Source: Candidatus Multivoradales bacterium (GTDB lineage Bacteria; Acidobacteriota; Thermoanaerobaculia; Multivoradales; Multivoraceae). From it: DNA of 64,000 nt. The position numbers were made by a program, and so were the translations under genes. The notes beneath the pieces are model-generated. The model was not told the origin of the DNA. It did not search any database and worked only from the letters and a program-made list of their open reading frames with translations. The stretch covers positions 1,792,001-1,856,000 of the forward strand of contig CBDCWI010000001.1 in assembly GCA_965223325.1 (NCBI GenBank), in the 5' to 3' direction. Positions 1 through 9,972 of this stretch are shown in pieces (the stretch's first letter is position 1; every line of letters begins with the position of its first letter).

Positions 1-131
1 CCATCGCCGTTAGAGTGGACGAACCGGCATGCGCATTCGACGCGTTGGCGGTCGGCGCCATCGACGATTCGGGACTCGTAGCAAACAGTGAGCTGACGAT
101 CTACTCAGGAGATGCCTGCGCTCCTGGATAG
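1..131 (+). pseudogene. 3' end of a reading frame carrying a duplicated internal fragment of the S8 peptidase (truncated by window edge)
   Basis: Frame from nt 3 reads IAVRVDEPACAFDALAVGAIDDSGLVANSELTIYSGDACAPG-stop (TAG 129-131). It matches the peptidase at 2128-2235 but stops before the catalytic Ser motif. Confidence 0.55.
10..117 (+). repeat. 108-bp direct repeat, copy 1 (copy 2 at 2128..2235)
   Basis: Manual alignment at offset 2118 gives 3 mismatches (positions 69, 70, 74). Confidence 0.95.
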
Positions 132-316
132 AAGGACGTCAGTGTTGCGTCTTCGGGACGGCGATCACGAGATCGCGGCGCGAGCTATGGCGCAGTCAAC
201 CGCGCAGCGGGTTGGGCGGTGGTTTGAGGCGTGGTCGAGCCGCGTTGAGGAGGTGTTTGGAGCGGATCTGCTTGCGCATGTTCAGTAGGGCCGCGGACTT
301 GGCTCCGGGGTCCCGA

Positions 317-375
317 CTCGTGAATCTCGGCATGCGCGTGAATCTCACATGGCTGTGAAAACATAGGTGCCTGGA
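317..375. repeat. Left arm of ~59-bp imperfect inverted repeat (partner 3525..3581)
   Basis: Its reverse complement matches 3525..3581 with 3 mismatches and a 2-nt indel. Contains the internal tandem motif cgtgaatctc twice. Confidence 0.9.
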
Positions 376-633
376 GCGCCTCCGAGCGAAGCCTCGGAGG
401 GCGACCTCTGGTTTCGCCTCTCACAGCCCAGAGAAGACGTCCGGCGACTCGACTTCGAAGACGCCGGCCTACCCTTCAACACCATAAACCAGCCCGGCCC
501 CGACCTCGGCCTCGACGCCCTCACCCACCGCGAAGGCGGCCTCGGCCTATGGCTAGTACGCCACCTCTCAGCCAGCATGCGCTACCGCCGCCCCCTGGAC
601 CGCCTGCTCTCGATCGCCGTCCGCAACAGCTGA
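367..633 (+). pseudogene. C-terminal fragment of RsbW-like HATPase_c anti-sigma factor
   Basis: FEDAGLPFN and REGGLGLWLVRHL resemble the G1/G2 boxes. The N-box is absent and the frame begins inside the left inverted repeat. Confidence 0.55.
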
Positions 634-851
634 ATTGAAGACATGCAGTTACAGCTGCGGACAGCCGAACTAGACTCTGGTAAGCCAGCCCGGAAGGCAG
701 ATCGCCTGCCGGTCTAGTACGAGTGTCTGGGTGAGGATGCGGCATCTTGACATCGGTCCCGCCCTCGGCAATAGTCACAAGACCCCGCGCAGCTACAACG
801 TTACGATTCTCCTCTGGTCGAGCGGGTCCCGCATACGACAAGGAGATTAGA

Positions 852-2519
852 ATGGTACCGCGAGCAGCCTCACCAGATGGCACCTCGAGAAGACGCCCTC
901 GAGTTTCCGTGGCGACGGTGCCAAGGACACTCGCAAGCGCTATCGCCCTGTGCGCCTCTTTGGCCGGGGGGGGACTTTCCGCAGATGAATTGTTCCGGAT
1001 CGATCTCATCGCGAAGGACGTACCGGTCCAGGTGACGCAGGTCCGTGTCCTGGCGGATCTTTCCGCCCATGAGCAGTTTGCGGAAGTACACCGCAGTCCG
1101 CATGACGGCTCGATGTTGCTTCGGCTACCAGACAACTTGCGTAAGGAGTTGGAACAGCATCCCGACGTGTCTCGTATTGAGGAGGTGTCAGGCTCTCCGC
1201 TGACGCTCCTGGTCAACGCGAAGCCTCCAGAGACCTTGGTAGAAGCTGACCCACGCGATGTCCTGGGCCTGAGAATCGAGGCTGCCGGAGGTCGCGAGAC
1301 CTGGCGTGCAAAAGCCAGCTGGCAAGCGCACTACGAAGTACCTCTCGATCAACTGGATTTAGTAGCCGCCTCTCCTGAGATCGACACATACTTCTTTCAG
1401 GCGACATACCAGTCCCTCTCCCCACCTGTGTCGACTTCGACGGTGCTCTCTTCACCGCTCATGGCCCCCGCGTTAGATGTCAGTGTTCCGAGAGTGCTGG
1501 GGTGGTGGCCCCCGACGACCTTCTATGGAGATGGCCTCATCGCAGTCATTGATGTCGGAGTGGCTCGGGAGTCTCCAATGCCTTCTGGTCGGCATTCGCC
1601 CTACTACCATGGCTGCTTCGCTGCCGGAGGGGGGTCCTTCGGACACCTGCCGTCTTGTCCAGACGGCCCTGACCCTGGGTCTTCACCTGACCCCTTCTCT
1701 GTAACGAACCTCAACGACGGGCGGCCTTGCGACGTCAGTGGCGGCAACTGTGACTACCATGGAACCTACGTCGCAGCAGTAGCTGGGACAAAGAAAACAC
1801 CGGTCGGGGTCATCGCGCATGACCAGTTGAAGATTCTTCCTATCAACGTTTTTAGCCGGAAGGCATCGGGAAGCAGCGACGACAAGAAGGCCTTCAGGAG
1901 CGACATCCAGAAAGCGCTAGACCACGTAGCGGCTCTCGTGCTCTTTGGCGGTGTTGACGTTTACGCGGTTAACGTCAGCCTGGGCAGTGGTGTTACGGTT
2001 TCGGGCGGTGGTCATTGTCCAAACAACCAGGCCTTCGACCCGCCGCTCGCCGTCCTGAGGTGGGCAGGAGTCGCGGTCGCCGCTGCTGCCGGGAACGTCT
2101 TTTCGGCGGCGCCGAACTCGCCGGAGCTTAGAGTGGACGAACCGGCATGCGCATTCGACGCGTTGGCGGTCGGCGCCATCGACGATATGGGTCTCGTAGC
2201 AAACAGTGAGCTGACGATCTACTCAGGAGATGCCTCCTACTTCTCGACGCACTATGGGGAGGCCATCGATTTCTGGGCACCCGGCGTCGACATCAAGATC
2301 AGAAGAGCAACGGGCGACTCCACGCAAACTGGAACCTACGCGCGCCAGTGGGGGACTTCTTTCAGCGCACCTCACGTGGCAGCGGTTTGGGCACGGCTCC
2401 GGGCGCAATGCCCGCAGCTCAACTTCGATCAGCTGCTCAACAAGCTCAAAACACAGTGTCCGACGGTGTCGTTCGGTGGCATGACACGACCTGAAATCTG
2501 TCTTCCTCCGGGCTGCTGA
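852..2519 (+). CDS. Subtilisin-like S8 serine peptidase, probably secreted
   Basis: Catalytic triad motifs IAVIDVG, YHGTYVAAVAG and GTSFSAPHVAA, plus AAAGN oxyanion motif. ATG 852 follows AGGAG. Hydrophobic N-terminal segment. Confidence 0.9.
   Translation: MVPRAASPDGTSRRRPRVSVATVPRTLASAIALCASLAGGGLSADELFRIDLIAKDVPVQVTQVRVLADLSAHEQFAEVHRSPHDGSMLLRLPDNLRKELEQHPDVSRIEEVSGSPLTLLVNAKPPETLVEADPRDVLGLRIEAAGGRETWRAKASWQAHYEVPLDQLDLVAASPEIDTYFFQATYQSLSPPVSTSTVLSSPLMAPALDVSVPRVLGWWPPTTFYGDGLIAVIDVGVARESPMPSGRHSPYYHGCFAAGGGSFGHLPSCPDGPDPGSSPDPFSVTNLNDGRPCDVSGGNCDYHGTYVAAVAGTKKTPVGVIAHDQLKILPINVFSRKASGSSDDKKAFRSDIQKALDHVAALVLFGGVDVYAVNVSLGSGVTVSGGGHCPNNQAFDPPLAVLRWAGVAVAAAAGNVFSAAPNSPELRVDEPACAFDALAVGAIDDMGLVANSELTIYSGDASYFSTHYGEAIDFWAPGVDIKIRRATGDSTQTGTYARQWGTSFSAPHVAAVWARLRAQCPQLNFDQLLNKLKTQCPTVSFGGMTRPEICLPPGC
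2128..2235 (+). repeat. 108-bp direct repeat, copy 2 (inside S8 peptidase)
   Basis: Near-identical to 10..117. Confidence 0.95.
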
Positions 2520-2521
2520 GC

Positions 2522-3478
2522 ATGGAAGGCTCTCGTCTGAAGCTCCTACGCTCCATGAAAGTGACTTCGTGGACCGTAGTGACCATGCTTGTCGCCGCCT
2601 TCCAGGGCGAAACTGTCGTGGCGGCCGTGGGCGCGGCCGGTGGCGAACGGCAGTCCATAGAGGCTTCGGACAGGTCATACGAGTTGGGCTACGCACCGCC
2701 CGAGGCCGACGACCGAGTCGAGTTCGCAGCCGCCCTCGAGGTCGCCGAAGAAGTCGAAGCCATCCACGCCTGTTTGTTGTACTCCTCCAACGGAAAACTG
2801 ATCACTCAAGTCGTCGCCAGCCTTTACGAAGGAGGAGACCTTCCCGGGAACGTCTTGGTTTCACGTGAGGCGACCGTCCAGTTGCAAACCGGCCTGAGCT
2901 GTTTCGAAGTGGAGATCGAACCCTCGCTCCCCGTCAGCGGCGAGATCTGGATTGGGCTCGAATACTCGATCGCACGATCGGAGAGCATCATAATCCCCCT
3001 CGACGTGGATGGAGCTGTTCCGTACAAGACGCTGATTCGAGTCGACGACGCGAGGAACAACTGGTACTGGGATGAGGTAAGCCGCGGCTATCCGCTCGGC
3101 GTGATCTACCGGGCCAGCGAATCGGCATGCATCAAATCTCCTGGAGTGGAGTGCCTTCGCGATGGCCGCTTCGAGGTGAAGGTCAGCTGGAGCGACGGCG
3201 AGGGCCTTCAACCCGCCGGACTTCTTCCGTTCACGGACCAGAGCCTCCTCGGCTACTTCGCCAGCTCAGAGAACATCGAGCTGATCGTCAAAGTGCTCGA
3301 CGGCTGCTCGATCAACGGGCACTTCTGGTTGTTCGCCGGTGGTGCTACGGATCGAGAGGTCAGTATCGAGCTACGGGACACGGTCAGCGGCTCGACCTCG
3401 AACTACACAACGAGTGTCGGTGAACCCTTTGTGGCGATACGTGATGTGCGTGCCCTCGCGGTTTGCCCGCCGCCTTGA
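2522..3478 (+). CDS. Secreted hypothetical protein with C-terminal 'LVKVLDGC' acidobacterial extracellular domain
   Basis: Signal-like N-terminus. C-terminal CLRDGRFEVKVSW...ELIVKVLDGCSINGHFWLFAGGATD...CP is homologous to two domains in 17497..19086. Starts 2 nt after the peptidase stop. Confidence 0.8.
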   Translation: MEGSRLKLLRSMKVTSWTVVTMLVAAFQGETVVAAVGAAGGERQSIEASDRSYELGYAPPEADDRVEFAAALEVAEEVEAIHACLLYSSNGKLITQVVASLYEGGDLPGNVLVSREATVQLQTGLSCFEVEIEPSLPVSGEIWIGLEYSIARSESIIIPLDVDGAVPYKTLIRVDDARNNWYWDEVSRGYPLGVIYRASESACIKSPGVECLRDGRFEVKVSWSDGEGLQPAGLLPFTDQSLLGYFASSENIELIVKVLDGCSINGHFWLFAGGATDREVSIELRDTVSGSTSNYTTSVGEPFVAIRDVRALAVCPPP

Positions 3479-3524
3479 CTGGCCGCGCGGCGATACCGCG
3501 CGCAGTCGGGGGCCTCGCCGAGGT

Positions 3525-3581
3525 TCCAGGCACCTATGTTCACAGCCATGCGAGGTTCACGCGCCTGCCGAGATTCACGAG
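3525..3581. repeat. Right arm of imperfect inverted repeat (partner 317..375)
   Basis: tccaggcacctatgttcacagccatgcgaggttcacgcgcctgccgagattcacgag; ttcac recurs every 17-18 nt. Confidence 0.9.
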
Positions 3582-3824
3582 CGTCAGCGGCCATCACACG
3601 CTCTCCGAGCGCGAAGAATCTTGAGGGCGCATTTAGCGTCCGTGGCTGTTCCGTGACCCCGTTGGTCGGTTTTTCAGTGACACAAGTTAACCTGGGAGGC
3701 GCCTCAGGCAGCTGGGGTTTTGACCCATCCTCCGGCTTTGGGCTCAGTTGCTACGCCCTTGGAGGCTTTTCAAGAATGCTCGCCGGTGGTGAGACTTGCT
3801 GTTGATAGTAGAGGAGATACCTCC

Positions 3825-4355
3825 GTGGACTTGTGCGAGCCGACTGCCTTGTCTCCCGTAGCGATGCGGTCGCCGTTCTTGTGGGGGTTCGCTCGCTTGA
3901 GTTTCGCGCTGGCAGCGCTTGCCGCCCTTGTTGGGTCGTTCAACCTAGTTTTTCTGCTCGTCTTCTTTGATCCTGAATCCTCGGTGGTGCCGGCAGGGGA
4001 CTTGAGCGGGGCCCAAGCTTTCCTAATATCGCACATCAGGGTCTTCGGCGTGGGGTTCTGGGCATACTCCTTGTTGGCTCTCGGGGCATCGGTTGCGCTC
4101 CTCCGGTTTCGACGGTGGGGGCTCTACCTCTGGATCTTCTTGGTGGCGGTCGGAATCGCTTGGTGTGTAGGGGTCGTTCTACTGGAACTTGCTCCGACCC
4201 TTGGAGGTGCTTCGGCCAATGCGGTTGGCTCGATAGGGGGCCGCGTCTATGTCGCATCGCTGGGAACCGCCTGCGTGATGTTCCTGTCCTGGCTGCTCAA
4301 GCGCCTTCTTTCTCAGGAAGTGAGATCCGCTCTCGGGAAGGGCGATGGTAAGTGA
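3825..4355 (+). CDS. Hypothetical membrane protein (about 4 TM helices)
   Basis: Four hydrophobic segments. GTG 3825 follows GAGGAG; ATG 3864 is an alternative start. Confidence 0.7.
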   Translation: MDLCEPTALSPVAMRSPFLWGFARLSFALAALAALVGSFNLVFLLVFFDPESSVVPAGDLSGAQAFLISHIRVFGVGFWAYSLLALGASVALLRFRRWGLYLWIFLVAVGIAWCVGVVLLELAPTLGGASANAVGSIGGRVYVASLGTACVMFLSWLLKRLLSQEVRSALGKGDGK

Positions 4356-4581
4356 TCGCCGTTGCCCGTCTGACATTTGAAGCGGGCCCCCACTGAGCAA
4401 TTGCCGGCGAAGTCAGTCGAGCTCGTCTTGGCGTTGAGCGGTTAGAGGTCGCCGGGGAGGGTAACGGTTCCCGGTACGTCGATGGCCCTCTCGGCCGCGA
4501 CTCTCAGGTATTCGTGCTCAGCGACGCCCTGGAAAACTGCGTGTACCGGGTAGTTCGGGCAGCGACAAACCACGGCTATGG

Positions 4582-5916
4582 CTACCCCGTTTCGAACACG
4601 AACCGTCGCGAACCAATCTGGACACGGTCGCCCGGCTGCAAAAGCACTTCGGTAACGGCATCTCCGTTGACGTAGCTTCCGTTCTCGGACCCTAAGTCTT
4701 CGAAGCGGTAACCCGACTCGGTCAGCGAAATCTGCGCGTGCCGACGGGAGACTTCGGGCAGGTTGATCTGCAACTGGTTGTCGGGAGTGCGGCCAATCGA
4801 GGTCACGAGACCGAGGACGAAGGGCTCGCTCTCGCCACCTTCGGGATCTTCGGGAGCCAGGCGGGCTGGAGGCGGCAAAATGACGGTGCCGCCATCGGCC
4901 GAGCCGGTGACCGGCCCGGTCGCATCAACCGAGGGGGTTGGCGATGGACCATCGGTAGCTTCGGGAACGAAGCCTGACCGACCTGCGACCGACGGGGGCG
5001 GCGGCGGCAGCTCAACGAGCTCGGTGGCTTCAGAGAGCACTGGGTCGACATCGGTGGTGTCGCCGCTCTTTGTGGCAGTGGCAGGTACAGGTGGAACCGG
5101 CGGAGTCTGTGAAGTGCCAGCGGCAGACGGTGTGCCGGCAACCGGGGCGGCTGCCGTGGCACCGGTTACGTCGACCGGCGCGTCGAGCTCGAGATCGGCT
5201 TCCGACTCGAAGGCCTCTAGAAAGCGGGCACGCACCTTTTCGACCGCCTCGAGACTCTTGGCCTTCTTGACCAACTCGGCCGCCAGGCCTTTCGAGCGTT
5301 CTTTGAAGTCGGCTTCCTCGAACTCACCGAGGCGGTGACGCAACTCGAGCTCTTCCATGTCCTTCTTGGCGCCCTCAACGATGGTCTCGGCATCAGCGAG
5401 GAGCTTTCGCACCTGGGCGTACTCTTCGCGCGCCTGCGCCTCGAGCGGCCGGGCCTTCTGATCGAGTTCCTGGCGCTGCGCGAGATAGTCGTTGCGCACT
5501 CGCTGCAGAACGTCCGGGCTGACCGAGCCCGACTCTCTCTCGAGCTTCTCGAGCCGCCCGTCGACGACCAGGCGATCAGCGCGCAAGCTGCAGAGCGCGT
5601 CGACGAGGCCGAGATCGATATTCGCCAGAGGCCCGCTGGCGCGGGTACCCGGCTTGACCTGGGCCGCGCCTTCTTCGCCATTCGCCTTGGTTTGAGGGGG
5701 CTTCGGGGCCGACTTCTGCGCGGATGTGGCAGGTTTCGCCGCTTTGGGCGCCGACTTCGTAGCAGCCGCCTTCTTGGAGCGCGAGACCTTGCGCTCAGCC
5801 GTCTTCGGCTGGGCAGCCGCTTTCGAGTCTGCCGCTTTGGGCTTTCCTTCCGTGGGGCCGGGCTTTTTCGCCGTCGCTTCTCCCTTGGCGGCCGGCTTCT
5901 TCTCGGCTGTCGACAT
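4582..5916 (-). CDS. FHA domain protein with Lys/Ala-rich N-terminus and coiled coil
   Basis: C-terminal FHA motifs IGR, SRRHA and DLGSENGSYVNG. Confidence 0.9.
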   Translation of the reverse strand: MSTAEKKPAAKGEATAKKPGPTEGKPKAADSKAAAQPKTAERKVSRSKKAAATKSAPKAAKPATSAQKSAPKPPQTKANGEEGAAQVKPGTRASGPLANIDLGLVDALCSLRADRLVVDGRLEKLERESGSVSPDVLQRVRNDYLAQRQELDQKARPLEAQAREEYAQVRKLLADAETIVEGAKKDMEELELRHRLGEFEEADFKERSKGLAAELVKKAKSLEAVEKVRARFLEAFESEADLELDAPVDVTGATAAAPVAGTPSAAGTSQTPPVPPVPATATKSGDTTDVDPVLSEATELVELPPPPPSVAGRSGFVPEATDGPSPTPSVDATGPVTGSADGGTVILPPPARLAPEDPEGGESEPFVLGLVTSIGRTPDNQLQINLPEVSRRHAQISLTESGYRFEDLGSENGSYVNGDAVTEVLLQPGDRVQIGSRRFVFETG

Positions 5917-6107
5917 CACGAACTCCCCCACGCGGGTCGGTTGATCCTAAGGCCCCTCGACGATCATCAGAGGCAAGCAGACATCATACCGCAGCACCCC
6001 CTCAACCAGCGCTCTAACCCCTCTAAGTTCAGGTGTTTCGGCGCGCCCGGTGTTATCCTCGGCCGACGAAACGAGCCACTCACCGGCTGCCGTCGCTGGA
6101 AGCCCCC

Positions 6108-7373
6108 ATGACCTCCGAGCCCCTACTCGACGCCGGCAAGACCACCGACCACGAGCGACTCGTGCCCCTGGGCTCGACGGCAGATCCGGAGCCGGCGCCG
6201 CCGCCAACTGCCAGTGGCAAAGGCGGCGTCGAAGAGAAGGCCCAGAGGCGTTCGAAGAGCGCCCAGACCCGGCCCGCGACCCCGTACCATCCCCTGCGCG
6301 CTGGCCTGGCACGGCTGCCACGCCTGGCGACCGCCGCGCAACGTATCGCGCGCGCCAACACTGGGCGCCTGGCCGCTCCGTTCAAGATGACCTGGGCGGT
6401 GACCTACTGGTGTCAGTACCGTTGTGCGACCTGCAACATCTGGCAGAAGAAGCCCAGTGACGAACTCTCCACCGAGGAAGTGCTGCGCTTCATCGCCGAG
6501 AACAGGAGCCCGTCGTGGCTGGACGTTACCGGCGGCGAGATCTTCCTGCGGCGCGATATCGAAACCATCCTCACCACCGCGCTCGAGCGCTGGCATGACT
6601 TGGCCCTGTTTCACTTCGCCACCAACGGCTACAAGACCGACAGTACGGTGGCGATCGTTGAACGTCTCATAGGTCGCGCCCCGGCCCATCTGGTGATCAC
6701 CGTCAGCCTCGACGGACCGGAAGAGTTGAACGACCGCATTCGAGGGGTCCCCGGCGGCTACCGGCGCCAGATCGAAACCTTCAAGAGGTTGCGGGCCCTG
6801 CCAGGTGTCAGGACCTTTCTTGGCATGACTCTGTCGCGCGACAACGTCGGCCAGCTCGACCGCACGATCGAAGCAGTGCGCACCGACGTCTCCGACCTCT
6901 CCGCCGATGACGTCCACCTGAACGTCATGCAACTTTCAGATCACTACTACTCGAACCAGGACACCGAAGATCTGGTGCCCGACCGAGGCGCGGTGCTCGC
7001 CGAGCTGGCTCGGTATCGTAAGCGCCGCGGCGGCGGCCGGTCGCCGGCCGCCTGGCTCGAGAACCGCTACCTCGGCCACCTCGAAGAGTTCCTCGAGACC
7101 GGCAAGACTCCCATTCGTTGCCACTCGCTGCGTTCTTCGGTCTTCATCGACCCCTGGGGCACCGTCTTCCCGTGTATCACCTGGGATGAGAGCATCGGCA
7201 GCCTGCGCGATCACGACATGAAGCTCGAGCCGATCTGGAGGAGCGCCGAAGCCCGGAAGCGCCAGGCCGATGCCTGGGGTGGCCGCTGCCCGCAGTGCTG
7301 GACCGCCTGTGAGGCGTACCCGAGTATCGCTGGCACAGCGCTTCGACCCACCCACCGGAGGCCGCCAACATGA
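6108..7373 (+). CDS. Radical SAM protein with C-terminal SPASM/twitch-type auxiliary cluster
   Basis: CQYRCATC (CxxxCxxC), TGGE, SLDG...RG, and C-terminal C...IDPWGTVFPC...CPQCWTAC. Confidence 0.9.
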   Translation: MTSEPLLDAGKTTDHERLVPLGSTADPEPAPPPTASGKGGVEEKAQRRSKSAQTRPATPYHPLRAGLARLPRLATAAQRIARANTGRLAAPFKMTWAVTYWCQYRCATCNIWQKKPSDELSTEEVLRFIAENRSPSWLDVTGGEIFLRRDIETILTTALERWHDLALFHFATNGYKTDSTVAIVERLIGRAPAHLVITVSLDGPEELNDRIRGVPGGYRRQIETFKRLRALPGVRTFLGMTLSRDNVGQLDRTIEAVRTDVSDLSADDVHLNVMQLSDHYYSNQDTEDLVPDRGAVLAELARYRKRRGGGRSPAAWLENRYLGHLEEFLETGKTPIRCHSLRSSVFIDPWGTVFPCITWDESIGSLRDHDMKLEPIWRSAEARKRQADAWGGRCPQCWTACEAYPSIAGTALRPTHRRPPT

Positions 7374-8167
7374 GCACCTCGACAACCAACGGCCCGCGAT
7401 TGCCCAACGTCACCATTGTGATCCCAGCGCGCGACGAGGCGCCATCGATCGTCGAGATCATCAAGCGCTCGTTTGAAGTCTGCGAGAACGTTGTGGTCGT
7501 CGACGGCCACTCGACCGACGGCACGCGTCGCGTGTCGGAGGAGGCAGGCGCCGAGGTCATCATGGAAAAGGGCCGCGGCAAGGGCCGCGCGATTCGCACC
7601 GCCATCGACTTTGTCGAAACCGAGGTCATCGTCTTCGTCGATGCCGACGGCTCCCACGACCCCGAGGACGTGCCCAGGCTCGTTGCACCGATCTTGGCGG
7701 GTGAGGCTGACCATGTCGGTGCGTCGCGCTTGATTGGTGGTTCGTCAGAGCTCCACGGCGGCTTCGACGAGTTCTTCCGGCTGTGCGGCAGTTCGTTCAT
7801 CACGGCCTGCATCAACAAGCGCTTCAGAGCCCGCATTTCCGACAGCCAGAACGGCTTTCGTGCCGCCCGCACCGAAGTCCTGCGCGCTCTCGACCTCCGC
7901 GAGGCGACGACCACCATCGAGCAGGAAATGGTGATGAAGACGCTCGCCTATGGCTACCGATTATCCGAGGTGCCCTCGCACGAGAACCCTCGTCGCCACG
8001 GGAAGTCGCACATCGTCGTGTGGAAGGTCGCGCCGCGCTACGGGTGGTCGCTTCTGCGCGGCCTCGCGCGGCGACGCCAGCCTGCCCGCGATCCCGCTGC
8101 CCTCAAAGAGAAGGCAGAGTCTCGAACCAAAGCAGCCGTGGCCGCGGTACGACCCGCCAGGCAATGA
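7370..8167 (+). CDS. GT2 glycosyltransferase (polyprenol-phosphate glycosyltransferase/DPM1-like)
   Basis: IPARDE, VDGHSTDGT, GKG, DADGSHDP and DSQNGFRA motifs. ATGA overlap with upstream gene. Confidence 0.92.
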   Translation: MSTSTTNGPRLPNVTIVIPARDEAPSIVEIIKRSFEVCENVVVVDGHSTDGTRRVSEEAGAEVIMEKGRGKGRAIRTAIDFVETEVIVFVDADGSHDPEDVPRLVAPILAGEADHVGASRLIGGSSELHGGFDEFFRLCGSSFITACINKRFRARISDSQNGFRAARTEVLRALDLREATTTIEQEMVMKTLAYGYRLSEVPSHENPRRHGKSHIVVWKVAPRYGWSLLRGLARRRQPARDPAALKEKAESRTKAAVAAVRPARQ

Positions 8168-9972
8168 CGAGCGAGCAAGCACCCGGCGGACGGGTTCTGG
8201 GGATCTGGGACGGGCATGACAGTGGCGCAGCCTTGTGTGTCGACGGGCAGGTTGTCGTAGCGCTCAACGAAGAGCGTTTTACCCGCCGCAAACTCGAGAT
8301 CACTTTCCCCGACCACTCGATCAGGCACTGCCTGGCGGCTGCCAACCTCAAAGCCGAAGACATCGACACCGTCGCCTTCTCGACCGGTGATCCAGCGCGC
8401 ACACTCACTCGCTATCTCCCGGGCGTCAAAGAGCGCTATCGCCGCATTCGCCGGCGTGAGGTTCCACCGGGAGCTTTCGCGCCGCTTCTTCAGGGTCTCA
8501 AGTGGCGGGTCGCCGCCATGCCACCCAACGCCCTCTCCCGGAGCCTCAGCCGGCGCGCCATCTCCGCACAACTCCTGAGCCTCGGCCTCAACGGGGCTCG
8601 GCTCGACCTCCACGATCACCACGCCTGCCATGCGATGGCGGCGGCGCGCGCGAGCGGACTCGACGCATGTGCCGTGGTCACCATCGACGGTGTGGGTGAT
8701 GGTGCCTCGGCGACGGTCTCGCACTGGCACGAAGACACCCTGAAGCGCCTCGCCACCACCAGCTCGGCAGATTCGCTGGGCGTCTTCTTCGAGCGGGTGA
8801 CCCACCTGCTCAACATGCGTGAGCTCGAAGATGAAGGCAAAGTGATGGCGCTGGCCGACCACGCGGCTCCGGTGCCCGACGAACTCAATCCCTTGCTCGA
8901 GGTCTTCGAACTCGACGGCCTGGTGCTGCGCATGGCCTACCGGGGAAGAGCACTCGACCGGTTCCTCGCCCGGGTGCTCTACCGCTTCCCCAACGAGCAG
9001 TTCGCGTTCATGGCCCAGCGTGCGGTCGAAGACGCAGGTACGCGACTGGCCGTTGCCGCCACCCAGGCCACCGGCGAACGAGACCTGGCTCTCGCCGGCG
9101 GCGTGGTCTCCAACGTCAAGATGAATCGCGCGATCCGACTTCACCCCGAGATCAACCGAGTCCGCGTGTTCCCACACATGGGCGATGGCGGCCTGGCTCT
9201 CGGCGCTGCGCTCCTCTCACAGACCGGCGCCGGACCGCTCGACCTCGGCGACCTTGACCTGGGCACGGACCTCGACCTCGAGAAGGCCGCGGAACTCCTC
9301 TCTACCGACGGTCGCCTCGTCTTCGAGAAACCAGCCGATCTCGCCACGCGAGTCGGTGAGCTCCTGGGGCGAGATCAGGTCGTCCTGTGGTGCGAAGGTC
9401 GCATGGAGTACGGGCCGCGCGCCCTCGGCCGGCGCAGCGTTCTAGCGCGTCCAGATCGCCGAACGATTCGCGACCGTTTGAACCTGGTTCTCAAACGACG
9501 CGTCTGGTACCAACCGTTCTGCCCATCGATGCTGGAGAGCACCGCCCGCCGCCACCTCGAAGACTGGGACGGCCACCTGAACCGCCACATGACGATGTCG
9601 TACAAGGCGCGGCCCGAGTCACGCGAACGGCTCGCCGGAGTGTTGAGCGTCGACGGCACTTGCCGGCCGCAGATTCTCCCCGACGACGCTGACCACCCGC
9701 TGGTGCCGATCCTCCATCAGGCCGAACAGCGCTTCGGCATCGGTGCCCTTCTCGACACGAGCCTCAACATCCATGGCGAACCACTGGTGCGCACCGAAGA
9801 GGAAGCTATCGACGTGCTACTGCGTAGCGGCGCCGACGCACTGGTCCTGGGGCCGCTGGTATGCCGGATCGCCCCCGAAGTCGAAGCATCAGAACCTGCC
9901 GAAACCCCACCGCCAAGAGCGCCGACAAGAGCGGCGAGCACGCTGAGCGTCGCCGACCAGGTGGCCTCATGA
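8164..9972 (+). CDS. Carbamoyltransferase, NodU/CmcH/TobZ family
   Basis: GHDSGAAL, EERFTRRK, HHACHA, DGVGD, EGKVMALA, LAGGV..N, GDGGLALGAA, EYGPRALGRRS and TSLNIHGEP motifs. ATGA overlap at 8164. Confidence 0.92.
   Translation: MTSEQAPGGRVLGIWDGHDSGAALCVDGQVVVALNEERFTRRKLEITFPDHSIRHCLAAANLKAEDIDTVAFSTGDPARTLTRYLPGVKERYRRIRRREVPPGAFAPLLQGLKWRVAAMPPNALSRSLSRRAISAQLLSLGLNGARLDLHDHHACHAMAAARASGLDACAVVTIDGVGDGASATVSHWHEDTLKRLATTSSADSLGVFFERVTHLLNMRELEDEGKVMALADHAAPVPDELNPLLEVFELDGLVLRMAYRGRALDRFLARVLYRFPNEQFAFMAQRAVEDAGTRLAVAATQATGERDLALAGGVVSNVKMNRAIRLHPEINRVRVFPHMGDGGLALGAALLSQTGAGPLDLGDLDLGTDLDLEKAAELLSTDGRLVFEKPADLATRVGELLGRDQVVLWCEGRMEYGPRALGRRSVLARPDRRTIRDRLNLVLKRRVWYQPFCPSMLESTARRHLEDWDGHLNRHMTMSYKARPESRERLAGVLSVDGTCRPQILPDDADHPLVPILHQAEQRFGIGALLDTSLNIHGEPLVRTEEEAIDVLLRSGADALVLGPLVCRIAPEVEASEPAETPPPRAPTRAASTLSVADQVAS

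Noticed and set aside
10-2235. Diversity-generating retroelement TR/VR pair
   Set aside because: Only 3 mismatches, not consistently at adenines of one copy on either strand, and no reverse transcriptase in the window.
4442-4580. Possible degenerate HicB antitoxin remnant (LPELPG, QG, AID in different minus-strand frames)
   Set aside because: Needs several frameshifts and has no start codon; the similarity is too weak to support.
7783-8163. Long N-terminal extensions given by the ORF track (also 25641, 43434, 51013, 52777)
   Set aside because: They overlap neighbouring genes. Downstream starts with an RBS or stop/start overlap fit the family N-termini better.
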